From: Candidatus Thalassarchaeaceae archaeon
GTDB lineage: Archaea; Thermoplasmatota; Poseidoniia; Poseidoniales; Thalassarchaeaceae
Direction of reading: 5' to 3'
DNA length: 32,000 nt
Assembly: GCA_045568075.1 (NCBI GenBank)
Contig: JBJLBP010000001.1
Location: 360,001 to 392,000, forward strand
Below are positions 1 to 9,000 of the stretch, one piece after another; the stretch's first letter is position 1; each line of letters starts with the position of its first letter. Below the pieces are notes generated by a model. It did no database searches and was not told where the DNA came from. It was given only the letters and a program-made list of their open reading frames with translations. Made by a program: the position numbers and the translations under genes.

Positions 1-1
1 G

Positions 2-1255
2 GTTGGGTCGCAAAGGGTGTTCAAATTCCCGATGGGGCCACTCAAGATGACATGGATTGCAGAGCATACTGCTTACGATCCGCCACACCACTTTGCAGAT
101 ACGATGGTCAAGGGTCCATTCTGGTCCTGGAATCACAATCACGACCTGAAGGAGTCGAATGGAACAACTACGGTTGAAGACGAAGTTACCTACCAAGTTC
201 CATTCGGACCACTTGGAAATCTAGCCGACAGGGTTCTTGGAGGAATGCTGGTAAAGAGTCGGCTAACGAGAATGTTCAGGGCGCGCGAATTGCGTCTTCA
301 AAGAGACTTGGAACAGCATTCTAAATTTTCGCATCTTCCTCGAAAGCGTATTTTGGTTGCAGGCTCATCTGGCATGATTGGTACGCAATTGGTAGCATTC
401 TTGGACACAGGAGGACATGAAGTCTGGAGACTAGTAAGACGACAGCCCAAGCAAGGGGCTAATGAGATTCGTTGGGATCCGAGTAACGGTGAAATTGAGG
501 CTAGTGAGCTTGAAGGGTTTGATGTCGTAATCCACCTAGGTGGGGAAGGAATAGGTGACAAGCGATGGAACAAGAAGAGGAAAAAGGCTATTCGAGATTC
601 ACGCGTTAACAGCACGACCCTACTCTCCAATACAATCGCATCCCTGGAGAAAAAACCTGAGGTGTTCGTTCTCGCCAGCGCTATCGGCTGGTACGGCAAT
701 CGTGGAGACGAGGAACTCACCGAGAAGAGTGCATCCGGCAAGGGTTTTCTCCCTGACGTATGTAACGAGTGGGAGGCTGCTGCAGAGGCCATAGAAGATG
801 CAGGAATTCGTACGGCTTACTTACGATCTGGCATAGTGCTAGCAGCGACTGGAGGAGCCCTCGGTAAGATGCTACTACCATTCAAGCTCGGTGCAGGTGG
901 CCCGATGGGAGGTGGCAAACAGTGGATGTCTTGGATTTCTCTTGACGACCAGATTTACGCTATTCACCATCTCGTATTGAATGAAGAATCAAGTGGAGCA
1001 TACAATATCACAGCCCCAAATCCCGAGAGGCAGAAGAATTTTGCAAAGGCTCTGGGTAAGGTTCTGAGACGACCGGCTTTTGCTCCTCTACCAAAATTCG
1101 TAATCAAAATTATATTTGGCGAGATGGGTGAGAAACTGACTCTAGATAGCCAGAGAGTCCTGCCCACTCGACTACAGAAGGAAGGCTATGACTTTGTGCA
1201 TGAAGATCTTGAATCCGCACTGAGAGACTCTCTGGGTATGTGGAGAAATATCTGA
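2..1255 (+). CDS. SRPBCC-like domain fused to a TIGR01777/YfcH-type (SDR39U1-like) NAD-dependent epimerase-family protein; 5' end probably cut by the window edge
   Basis: The frame stays open back to position 2. Only the C-terminal part of an SRPBCC-like domain (GPFWSWNHNH...YQVPFGPLGNLAD) precedes the Rossmann motif ILVAGSSGMIGTQL. The downstream half (HLGGEGI, WISLDD, NITAPNP, DUF1731-like tail) fits the YfcH epimerase family. Confidence 0.75.
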   Translation, partial: VGSQRVFKFPMGPLKMTWIAEHTAYDPPHHFADTMVKGPFWSWNHNHDLKESNGTTTVEDEVTYQVPFGPLGNLADRVLGGMLVKSRLTRMFRARELRLQRDLEQHSKFSHLPRKRILVAGSSGMIGTQLVAFLDTGGHEVWRLVRRQPKQGANEIRWDPSNGEIEASELEGFDVVIHLGGEGIGDKRWNKKRKKAIRDSRVNSTTLLSNTIASLEKKPEVFVLASAIGWYGNRGDEELTEKSASGKGFLPDVCNEWEAAAEAIEDAGIRTAYLRSGIVLAATGGALGKMLLPFKLGAGGPMGGGKQWMSWISLDDQIYAIHHLVLNEESSGAYNITAPNPERQKNFAKALGKVLRRPAFAPLPKFVIKIIFGEMGEKLTLDSQRVLPTRLQKEGYDFVHEDLESALRDSLGMWRNI

Positions 1256-1271
1256 CTTATCTCACATATTT

Positions 1272-1760
1272 TCAGTCATCAATTCTTGAGAACAAACTCG
1301 CAAAACCGAGGCTCGAGAGCGCTATAACTGTGGAAAAACCAGGCAAGAAACTTTCACTTTCTGAGTTATCTTCGATTGGAGGCATCTCTTCATTGGGTGC
1401 AGCATTTACGATGATTATTCCCACCATTCCGAAGTCTTCGTGAGGTTCACAGACATACTCAAATGACCCATTTGTACCTCGCTCGAATGTGAATGTGTAA
1501 TCGACATTTCTTGAGGCATCCCCAGAATCAAACAAACCATTTTTGTCTACTGCATTGTGAGCCAATAGCTCTCCACTCCAGAAGAATCTGACCGAATCTC
1601 CCTCGGTTATTGTTACAGTCTCTGGTGAGAATCTGAGGTTGGTACTGTCCACACTAACAACGACCACTTCACCTTCCTCCTGAATCGTTTGAGCCTGAGT
1701 GATCGTAGCCGAAGAAGCCAGAAAAAACGCTAGAAACACAACTCCGATAGCGGTTCTCAT
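1272..1760 (-). CDS. Halocyanin/plastocyanin-like type-1 blue copper protein with signal peptide and PGF-CTERM-type C-terminal anchor
   Basis: Signal peptide MRTAIGVVFLAFFLASSATITQA. Cupredoxin ligand pattern: His in LLAHNAV plus C-E-P-H-x4-M (YVCEPHEDFGM). C-terminus is LPGFSTVIALSSLGFASLFSRIDD, i.e. PGF, then a hydrophobic helix, then a short charged tail. Confidence 0.8.
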   Translation of the reverse strand: MRTAIGVVFLAFFLASSATITQAQTIQEEGEVVVVSVDSTNLRFSPETVTITEGDSVRFFWSGELLAHNAVDKNGLFDSGDASRNVDYTFTFERGTNGSFEYVCEPHEDFGMVGIIIVNAAPNEEMPPIEDNSESESFLPGFSTVIALSSLGFASLFSRIDD

Positions 1761-1782
1761 GTTTCGGAACTATCGAATGAGT

Positions 1783-1789
1783 GTATTAA
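1783..1789 (-). promoter_or_regulatory. TATA-like element (TTAATAC on minus strand) 23-29 nt upstream of the cupredoxin ATG; suggests a leaderless mRNA
   Basis: A/T-rich heptamer at the spacing expected for an archaeal TATA box when the TSS is at or near the ATG. No SD-like motif lies between it and the ATG. Confidence 0.3.
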
Positions 1790-1921
1790 CTGCTGTTTTC
1801 TTAATCATAGTCATTTCATTGCTAAAAATTGGGTTTATCTATGGGTTATTCTGTGGTGAACTGACAGAGATTTATATGTGATTTCGACGAAAAAATACAT
1901 CTGTTCATAACCTCTACTTCG

Positions 1922-2158
1922 ATGGCACGTGACATGATTATCAAGAACATGTTCGCTTTGCTTGCATCGAGTTACGTCTCATTCGGAGTCTCTACGATGG
2001 CGACCGGAGGTTTGGTAGAATCGGATTTGTTAACTATCTGCCTTTTCTTCTCTGTGATTTTCGTACCGAGTTGGTCAATTCTGTCGTTTTTCCTCTTCCC
2101 AGACAATAAGGAAATTTTGACTCGTTATCGACATTATCTTCGAAGAAGCAGTGTTTGA
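1922..2158 (+). CDS. Hypothetical small membrane protein (about 2 TM segments)
   Basis: 78-aa ORF in an otherwise empty AT-rich gap. Two hydrophobic stretches (FALLASSYVSFGV; LLTICLFFSVIFVPSWSILSFFLF). TTTATAT at 1871-1877 lies about 48 nt upstream of the ATG. No family recognised. Confidence 0.3.
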   Translation: MARDMIIKNMFALLASSYVSFGVSTMATGGLVESDLLTICLFFSVIFVPSWSILSFFLFPDNKEILTRYRHYLRRSSV

Positions 2159-2201
2159 TCAATGGGTTTGCAGTTCGCCCTTTCAGAGGGTACCCACTGA
2201 T

Positions 2202-3494
2202 TCAAAGTTCAGCGTAGTAGTCGATTACCGCCTCATTGAGAGCTTCTCGGGCGCTATTCTCATCCACAGTTAGTGTGATTCCATCCCGCCTCAGTGCCTC
2301 CCCATCGACAAAGACATCGAGCACTCGGCCACCTGAGTACAATAGGTTTGGAAGAAGCCTCCTTCCATCTCTGCCGATTGGTGACATACGTATGTCATTG
2401 AGATCCCATGTAACCCAGTCAAGAGAATCCTTGGTTGCTAACTGCCAAGTCTCCTCAGGGACGAGGACTCGTGCATCCCAATGGTCGTGCTTCTGCACTA
2501 AACTCGCCGCCTTCGCCTCCGATCTCATGTCTAGTGAGTTATTGCTCGCTGAACCATCCGAACCCAAGCGAATATCGACCTCTGCTTCTTTCATCGCCGG
2601 GTAAGACATTGTTCCTCCACATGCGAGCTTCTGATTGGAGGTCGGACAATGAACTGCGTGAGCATCATGCCCTGCAAGTATTCTCATCTCTTTCTTGGTC
2701 AGCCAGCCGCAGTGGGCACAAACGGTGGTTCCATCGGTGAAGTAGTCGAGCGAATCGAGATATTCTACAGGATACATTCCATGTTCTGCGTGGCAATCAG
2801 CGACTTCTTTCCTCGTCTCGGAAGTGTGAATGTGGAGGGTGCAACCAGTCTTCTTGGCTAGATCTGAACCCTTCAGCAGAATTTCTTCGTCGCAGACGTA
2901 TACCGAGTGTGTCCCGACACCGTAATCTATCCTTCCAGGCCTCGGTGAAGGTCCTGTAATGAGGCTCTCAACATGACGCAAGGCATCTCCCGAGCCGGGC
3001 TTGAAGTTAGGAGTCAAACCATCGGTTATTGGTCCACAAAGAGTCGCTCTGACTCCGGTTTCTGCTAGAGTCTCACCGATGGTTTGGGTGTGGAAATACA
3101 TGTCACAGGCAAATGTTGTTCCGGTTGCGATCATCTCAGCTGCTGCGGCCCTAGTGCCGGTTTCGACGAGTTCGGGAGTCAACCCCTTTTCGACAGGGAA
3201 GATCGATGTTTCGAGCCATTCCATGAGTGGTAGTCCTTCACCCATGCCTCGATTGAGAATCATCGCTAGGTGGGTGTGCCAATTTTGGAATGAGCGGGTG
3301 ATGAGTCGGTTGCTTCCATCGATTGTTTCTAGGACATCCTCATCGCCTTTACTCAGGTCTACTGAGCCGTCAGCGTGGAGGATGAAATCACCACGTTTTG
3401 GTTGGCAATCGTGATCGATTAGCCAAGCATTGGTGATGCGGCGAGCGCCGAACTCGCCTGAACCGCCAGATGCTTGCTTTGCGCCGGCCATCAT
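2202..3494 (-). CDS. mtaD: Amidohydrolase, 5-methylthioadenosine/S-adenosylhomocysteine deaminase (MtaD)-like
   Basis: HxH metal motif in SFQNWHTHLAM, followed by GLPLMEWLETSIFPVE and GTTFACDMYF, typical of the MtaD/chlorohydrolase subgroup. Also HIHTSET and a late GSDG. The longest ORF starts at TTG 3515. I prefer ATG 3494, preceded by GAGGA (ccacGAGGAatcATG). Confidence 0.7.
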   Translation of the reverse strand: MMAGAKQASGGSGEFGARRITNAWLIDHDCQPKRGDFILHADGSVDLSKGDEDVLETIDGSNRLITRSFQNWHTHLAMILNRGMGEGLPLMEWLETSIFPVEKGLTPELVETGTRAAAAEMIATGTTFACDMYFHTQTIGETLAETGVRATLCGPITDGLTPNFKPGSGDALRHVESLITGPSPRPGRIDYGVGTHSVYVCDEEILLKGSDLAKKTGCTLHIHTSETRKEVADCHAEHGMYPVEYLDSLDYFTDGTTVCAHCGWLTKKEMRILAGHDAHAVHCPTSNQKLACGGTMSYPAMKEAEVDIRLGSDGSASNNSLDMRSEAKAASLVQKHDHWDARVLVPEETWQLATKDSLDWVTWDLNDIRMSPIGRDGRRLLPNLLYSGGRVLDVFVDGEALRRDGITLTVDENSAREALNEAVIDYYAEL

Positions 3495-3541
3495 GATTCC
3501 TCGTGGTTGAGCCAAAGGCTCGTATGAGTCAATGTTTCCCT

Positions 3542-3564
3542 AACTGATTCTTGCTGAATCAGTT
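3542..3564. other. Perfect 9-bp stem / 5-nt loop inverted repeat (AACTGATTC-ttgct-GAATCAGTT) spanning the AIM24 stop codon
   Basis: Read directly from the sequence. Lies between AIM24 (stop at 3559-3561) and the mtaD start on the minus strand. No oligo-T run follows, so terminator versus processing/attenuation signal is unresolved. Confidence 0.4.
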
Positions 3565-4263
3565 GCTGGGCCGAGGTAGTAATGGAATTATCCTGTCTAC
3601 AAGAGACTCTAAATTTCTTGTCTGGATCCAGACCTTCCCTGAACCTGATAGTTCCAAAATTAGCCCTTCGCCTCCAAACATTGTACTTTTCATGCCACCC
3701 GAAGGAGCCACTCGATATGTCACTCCATCAGTAAATGCGACCAGATGACCATTGTCTACCGCTATCGGTGCATCTTCAGACACCTCGATTTCCTTGAGTG
3801 CTCCATATGCACAGTAGAATACCTGCCCCGAACCGCCCTCTGAGAAAGCCCTCAGGAAGAACGTGCTCTCTTTGGAAAACAGAGATTTTGCACCCTGGAA
3901 CTTAGTATCGTACTGGATATTGGAGGAGCAGGCCATGAATGCCCCTCCCTGCATGAACAAGTTCTGTCCGGGTTCGATGTCGAAAGTGCTGATGTCTCCC
4001 GGGTAGGAAGGAGCCATTGAGATCCATCCTCCATTACCGCCTGCTGTGAATGTGTTGAGCCAGAAGGATTCCCCCCCCACCATGCTCGTAGCCACGCTCT
4101 TGAGGAAGCCTCCAATGCCCCCTCCTCGACTCATGCCAGTTTTCATATCCAATCCGACGGATTGTGACACCATGGCACCAGGCTCGACCTTAATCGATTC
4201 CCCAGGGCTGAGGTGGGCGGTCAATAGGGTGAAAGAAGGTCCAAATTCAAATTCTGTCTTCAT
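3559..4263 (-). CDS. AIM24 / TIGR00266 (DUF124) family protein
   Basis: Near-textbook family pattern throughout: FGPSFTLLTAHLSPGESIKVEPGAMV, GGESFWLNTFTA, FLRAFSEGGSGQVFYCAYGAL, VDNGHLVAF, STMFGGEGLILELSGSGKVWIQTRNL. Confidence 0.8.
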   Translation of the reverse strand: MKTEFEFGPSFTLLTAHLSPGESIKVEPGAMVSQSVGLDMKTGMSRGGGIGGFLKSVATSMVGGESFWLNTFTAGGNGGWISMAPSYPGDISTFDIEPGQNLFMQGGAFMACSSNIQYDTKFQGAKSLFSKESTFFLRAFSEGGSGQVFYCAYGALKEIEVSEDAPIAVDNGHLVAFTDGVTYRVAPSGGMKSTMFGGEGLILELSGSGKVWIQTRNLESLVDRIIPLLPRPSN

Positions 4264-4294
4264 GTTCCTAGGGGCTGAAATTCTCTTTTTGAAA

Positions 4295-4912
4295 CTACCT
4301 ATCTAGTGATGCAATGCAATTCGCGCTGAGGCGGCTGAGCACTTCTCCACCCTCACGAGTGAGAGTGCATTCGATTTGATCTTCGGGCTTCATCGGGCCA
4401 ACTCCTTTGGGTGTTCCAGTCCATATCAAATCGCCCGGCTCAAGGTCGTACCATCCAGATAGATGCTTCACGAGATCTGTTACCGAGTGAATCATCAGTG
4501 ATGTTGAAGCATCTTGGCGTACCTCTCCATTAACACTCAATTTTACTTGCATGACTTCGTCACTGTAAGGCACCCAAGTGCCCAGAACTCCGCTGCCTCG
4601 GAAGGCCTTGCCCTCGGTCCATGGCCAGCGCTTGTCCTTGGCCAAACTCTGCCGCGTTCGGTTAGTGGTATCGCAGCCAACGCACATTGCTTCGGGCTGC
4701 AAATCCTTGCCCAACCTTACGACCAACTCTACCTCATGGTCGATGTGCTCGTCGCCGTGCATGAGTTCGATTGTGTTCGTTCCATCTGCCGAGGCTTCGA
4801 CGTGAGCGCTTGCGGGTTTGAGGAAAAACCGTGGGTACTCCTCAGAGATGTCTCCTCCTATCTCAGCCGCGTGTCCGGCATAATTCCTGAAGCAGCACCA
4901 TCCTAGTCCCAT
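4295..4912 (-). CDS. Fumarylacetoacetate hydrolase (FAH) family protein
   Basis: FRNYAGHAAE, FFLKP, DHEVELVVRLGKD, IWTGTPKGVGPMKPEDQIE. The longest ORF begins at GTG 5005, 1 nt from the divergent DnaJ-like ORF. I prefer ATG 4912, preceded by GGTGG (acGGTGGgctATG), which leaves a 97-bp divergent intergenic region. Confidence 0.8.
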   Translation of the reverse strand: MGLGWCCFRNYAGHAAEIGGDISEEYPRFFLKPASAHVEASADGTNTIELMHGDEHIDHEVELVVRLGKDLQPEAMCVGCDTTNRTRQSLAKDKRWPWTEGKAFRGSGVLGTWVPYSDEVMQVKLSVNGEVRQDASTSLMIHSVTDLVKHLSGWYDLEPGDLIWTGTPKGVGPMKPEDQIECTLTREGGEVLSRLSANCIASLDR

Positions 4913-5009
4913 AGCCCACCGTGTGGGTTCCCTAACTTGAGCAATACGGCTGGATTTTGCCTCATGCCATCGCGAGGATTCAAGGAGGTCCGGCTCACGA
5001 AGCACAGTG

Positions 5010-6020
5010 ATGTCAGAGGATCCCTACCGCGTCCTCGGCGTCGGCAAGGATGCCACGGATGCAGAAGTCAAGCGATCTTATCGCAAGCTCGCCCGACAGC
5101 ATCACCCCGATCGTAACCCGGGCGATGCGGCCGCTGAGGAGCGATTCAAGGCAATCCAAGCGGCCTACGATCAGATTGGAACTGCAGCCGCGCGCAAGGA
5201 ATACGATCAGCAACAACGTATCGAGGAAATGTTCGCCCGCGGCGGCAACCCATTCTCAGGATTCAGCGGTTCTGGGGGGCACGGCAGAGGCAGCAATCCA
5301 TTCGTAGGAAAAGGTCAGGGTGCTGGCTTTGACTTCTCAGACATTCTCAACCAATTCATGGGTGGAAAGGGTGGTGGCGAACCTCAGTTCCAACAACAAA
5401 GCCGCCAACAACGCCGACCTCAACAAGCGCCACCGTCCCAACGTGGTCCAGATATCGAGGCTGGTATCGACATCAACCTGCAACAAGCATTGTCCGGCAC
5501 CAAAATCGAATTTGGTCATCGCCGTCTGCGTATCTGCAAACGCTGTGAAGGGACCTCATTCAATTCGCGAAAGGCTTGTCCACAATGTTCGGGAAAGGGT
5601 GTTGAATCACGTTCCTCAACAATTACCGTCAACGTTCCATCAGGCGCTCAGCACGGCCAGCAACTTCGTCTGAAGAAAATGGGGCACGAACATCCGCAAG
5701 GAGAAGCAGGTGATCTCCTAATCACAATCCGCCTCGATGCCGAAGAAGGTCGTAGATGGGAAGGTGGCAAATTGATTCAGGAAGTTGCGGTTACATACTC
5801 GACTCTGATGTTAGGAGGTGCGGTTCGTATCCATACTCCGGCAGGAAAGCGAGTACAAATCGAAGTGGCTGAAGGCACACGGATTGGTGATCGCCGTCGT
5901 CTTGCAGGACACGGGCACGACGGCGGACCTCTAGATATCGAATTCATACTCGCAGAGCCGGAGCAAGTGAATAAGAATCAGAAAGAGGCACTCGACCGGC
6001 TCAGGGATTCAGGACTTTGA
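5010..6020 (+). CDS. DnaJ-like J-domain chaperone with G/F- and Q-rich linker, a single zinc centre and a DnaJ C-terminal domain
   Basis: J domain DPYRVLGVGKDATDAEVKRSYRKLARQHHPDRNPGD. Gly/Phe-rich and Gln-rich linker. Only two CxxCxG repeats (CKRCEGTS, CPQCSGKG). C-terminal beta-domain motifs (GDLLITIRL, VRIHTPAGK). GTG 5007 is an alternative start. Confidence 0.8.
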   Translation: MSEDPYRVLGVGKDATDAEVKRSYRKLARQHHPDRNPGDAAAEERFKAIQAAYDQIGTAAARKEYDQQQRIEEMFARGGNPFSGFSGSGGHGRGSNPFVGKGQGAGFDFSDILNQFMGGKGGGEPQFQQQSRQQRRPQQAPPSQRGPDIEAGIDINLQQALSGTKIEFGHRRLRICKRCEGTSFNSRKACPQCSGKGVESRSSTITVNVPSGAQHGQQLRLKKMGHEHPQGEAGDLLITIRLDAEEGRRWEGGKLIQEVAVTYSTLMLGGAVRIHTPAGKRVQIEVAEGTRIGDRRRLAGHGHDGGPLDIEFILAEPEQVNKNQKEALDRLRDSGL

Positions 6021-6031
6021 CTAAGCATTGG

Positions 6032-6040
6032 TTAAAAAAA
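6032..6040 (+). promoter_or_regulatory. A/T tract (TTAAAAAAA) 20-28 nt upstream of the RND exporter ATG; candidate TATA-like element
   Basis: It is the only A/T-rich element in the 39-bp gap after the DnaJ-like stop. The spacing fits a leaderless or very short-leader transcript. Confidence 0.25.
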
Positions 6041-6059
6041 CGAAATCATAGGAACTGAC

Positions 6060-9000
6060 ATGAGAGAAGTCAGGGACTTTGGCAAGGTTGCCGATTTTCT
6101 TCTTCCTCAAAGTTTCAAACTTCACACTGCGATTCTCTTCATCAGCATCTTGATGATTCCAGGCTTTCTTGCAAGTCTAGAACCAATCGATGTTCAATCA
6201 TACGACATGGAATCACCTGAATTAGTGGCGAATCAGGTTGTTAACGAAGATTTTGAAGCAGCGGAAAAAACGCATGGATTCGCCGTCTCGGTTAGAGATA
6301 GGGAAGCTATCTTGACATCCGATTTAGCTCCTCATTATACCGTTGATGGGGAGATAGATTACGACAACTTACCCCATCCTTCAGAGAGAGTTGGATATCA
6401 AGGAAAAAGTGCGGGTTTAGTGGGTGAAGATATTCCTACAGGAGGAATCCTCAATCTTACGATACTCAAAGAGATAGAGGACAAAACCGCCATTACAAGT
6501 TCACATTATATTTCCAACTTCGCAAGGCCTATGGTTACCGAATTAACCGGTACAGGGTTCATCGGCCCAATGTCTCTCCCTGACCTTCTTCGAGCCTTCA
6601 TGGCGGGAGAATCTCTGCTAACTCAACCCACAATCAATGTGTTCGGATTACTAGAACCGGCAAGAACAAACTGGGAAGATTGTGGAGTATTGGAATGTCT
6701 CACTTATGACGATCCTAACCTTACTCAGGCCCACATCGACCTAGCCGCACATCGGATGATTATGTATTCCGACGGAGCTATGCTACGCTGGTTATCTAAC
6801 GATAGAGGATTCACCTACGACGAGACCAGTGCTCTGACTGGGCCCATTGGGGGAACTATTCGTGAAGATGGAACATTCGATGACGACGTAATTTGGGGGC
6901 CCGGGAGATGGTCAGCATCTACAACTTGGATTCTAATTCAACTCAGTCGCACAGAGTTACAGGAGAATGGAATTACCTATTCCTGGGAGGATGCAAGAAA
7001 TGAGCCAGAAGGTTATCGTTTTGAAGGGCTCAATTTAGTTACGACACCTCCTGAATACAAATTAGAAGATTGTAGAAAAGCCCTCGAAAATGGGGAAGAA
7101 CTTTGCAGTTTTGAATGGGCAATGATCGACCTAGAAAAGCAGATTAGAACAACCGATCAACTTGTTGTCACTTTCTCAGTAAATGAGGGAATAAACGTTG
7201 AACTGAACCGCGAATTGCTAGAATCTAGTCTGCTACTAATCGCCATGGCACTGGCCATTACTGTGCTACTTTGGTTCAGTCTTAGGAGGTCCTCGGATGT
7301 GGTAATCGTCGGGGCTACCTTGATTTTCGCTCTATTGTGGATGCAAGGTTCAATCGGCTGGATGATAATCCTTGGAGAGAAATATGGATTCAAGATAATC
7401 AGTAAGAGCCAATTTTCTAACCTACTTCCAATCTTAGTTATCGCTTTGGGAATAGACGACAGTCTACACGCCTTGCACAGATACAAGGAGGAAAGGAGAC
7501 AAGGCCGCTCTCCAGAGGAATCTGCTCATACTTCATTGTCTAGAGTTGGCCGAGCGATTATGTTGACATCATTGACTACTATGTCTGCATTCGCGGCCAA
7601 TCTGACTTCAGATATTGCCGCCCTGCGTTCATTCGGTGTCGAAGCGGCTCTAGGTGTTGCAGCTGCATTCATCCTAACTGGAATTTGGGCGCCGCTGATT
7701 CGTATGGATTGGGACAAGCGTCTGGCCCAACAAGGAAAATTACCCGAAGAGGACACTGGCATAGTTCACATGATTCGAGAACAGCGTCTAGTTTCCATCG
7801 CAGATAATTCATCGAAAAATTCCTCTCTGCTATTGGTGTTGATTCTGATTATGACAGCAATCGCCGTTCCAATGATGCTGAGTCTTGAGGGCGATTTCAA
7901 AGTCGAAGATTTTCTTGACGAGGAATCGGATTTCGCACATGCTGTAGAATTAGTCAATACTAGGTTTAGCGATGAGGGAGAGCCGGCTTCCGTGATTATA
8001 GAAGGCGATATGCTAGATCCAAGAGTTTACGCTGCGATTCAAGCAACTAGAGTAAACATGGCAGATCCAAGTCCAAATGACCCTGGAAAATACACTAAAA
8101 CACCTCTTGGAACACCTGAAATGCATGGCGTTGACGAATTGATTTGGGCCGCAAAGGCGAGCATGTTCACCAACAATACACCCTTTGTCGAGGCTGGTTG
8201 GGAATCCGAGAGCCTCGATTGTCAGAGGCTAGCAAATGACCTACCGGACGAAACCGACCGTGATTGTCTGAGATTCATGTATGGATTCGTCTACGTCTAT
8301 GGAATCCCAGCCGGAGGATACTTTCCGGCAATCCCAGAATCTCTAACCGCCCTCCATATTGTTCCAACCTGTGAGTTAGACCCTGAATTGGTGCATCTAT
8401 GCACAGATGGAAGTATTCCTGAATACAATCGTATGACTCTGCGCTGGGGAATCGCAAATCCAGAACAATTCATCGTCGTAGAACAGGTTCTTGCAGAATT
8501 GGAATTGGATATGCAACCTTTCCAAGAATTGGCTGCTCAAGACATCTCAGAGAGGTCTGATATAGAGTCGGCTAGCGAGGAATATCCTGTAACTTGGGCT
8601 ATCGCTACCGGCGATCCTGTCACACGCTACGTCGCCGCTTCTAGTATGCAGAATCAACTGCAAGGAACCTTAGTCCTCGGTGTTCTTTTCTGTCTAATTA
8701 CCATGTGGTGGGGATTCCGAAAAGTCGAGTATGGATTTGATGATTATTCGCTTCGAGACCTTGTGATATCTTCTCCAGTAATCCTCGGAATAACTGGCTA
8801 TGTTTACCTAACAGTTAGCGTGAATCTTGCAATTGCAATTGCTATTCTTCTCGTCATAGGAGCTGGATATTGGGGCACAAGGTCACTCTCAACGGCCATC
8901 TTTACCACCATTCCAATTGTAATTGTAATAATTTGGCTGTACGCAATTATCGCTGCTGCTGGATATGGCTTGAACATGGTCACAGTTGCAATCGCAGCGA

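Noticed and set aside
14-31. tRNA T-arm-like strings (GGGTGTTCAAATTCCC at the window start; TTCGAATC at 10075-10082)
   Set aside because: The flanking bases do not form a T-stem or an acceptor stem, and both lie inside well-supported coding frames. I found no tRNA in the window.
298-3414. Antisense or alternative-frame ORFs inside the epimerase and mtaD genes (298-792, 555-794, 2236-2604, 2435-2740, 3001-3414). Similar shadows occur elsewhere (4514-4906, 10574-10843, 14324-14728, 19503-19955, 20800-21228, 23136-23372).
   Set aside because: Each is nested within a gene that has strong family motifs on the other strand or frame. The translations are Ser/Arg/Pro-rich without domain signatures. 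I saw no evidence for genuine overlapping genes.
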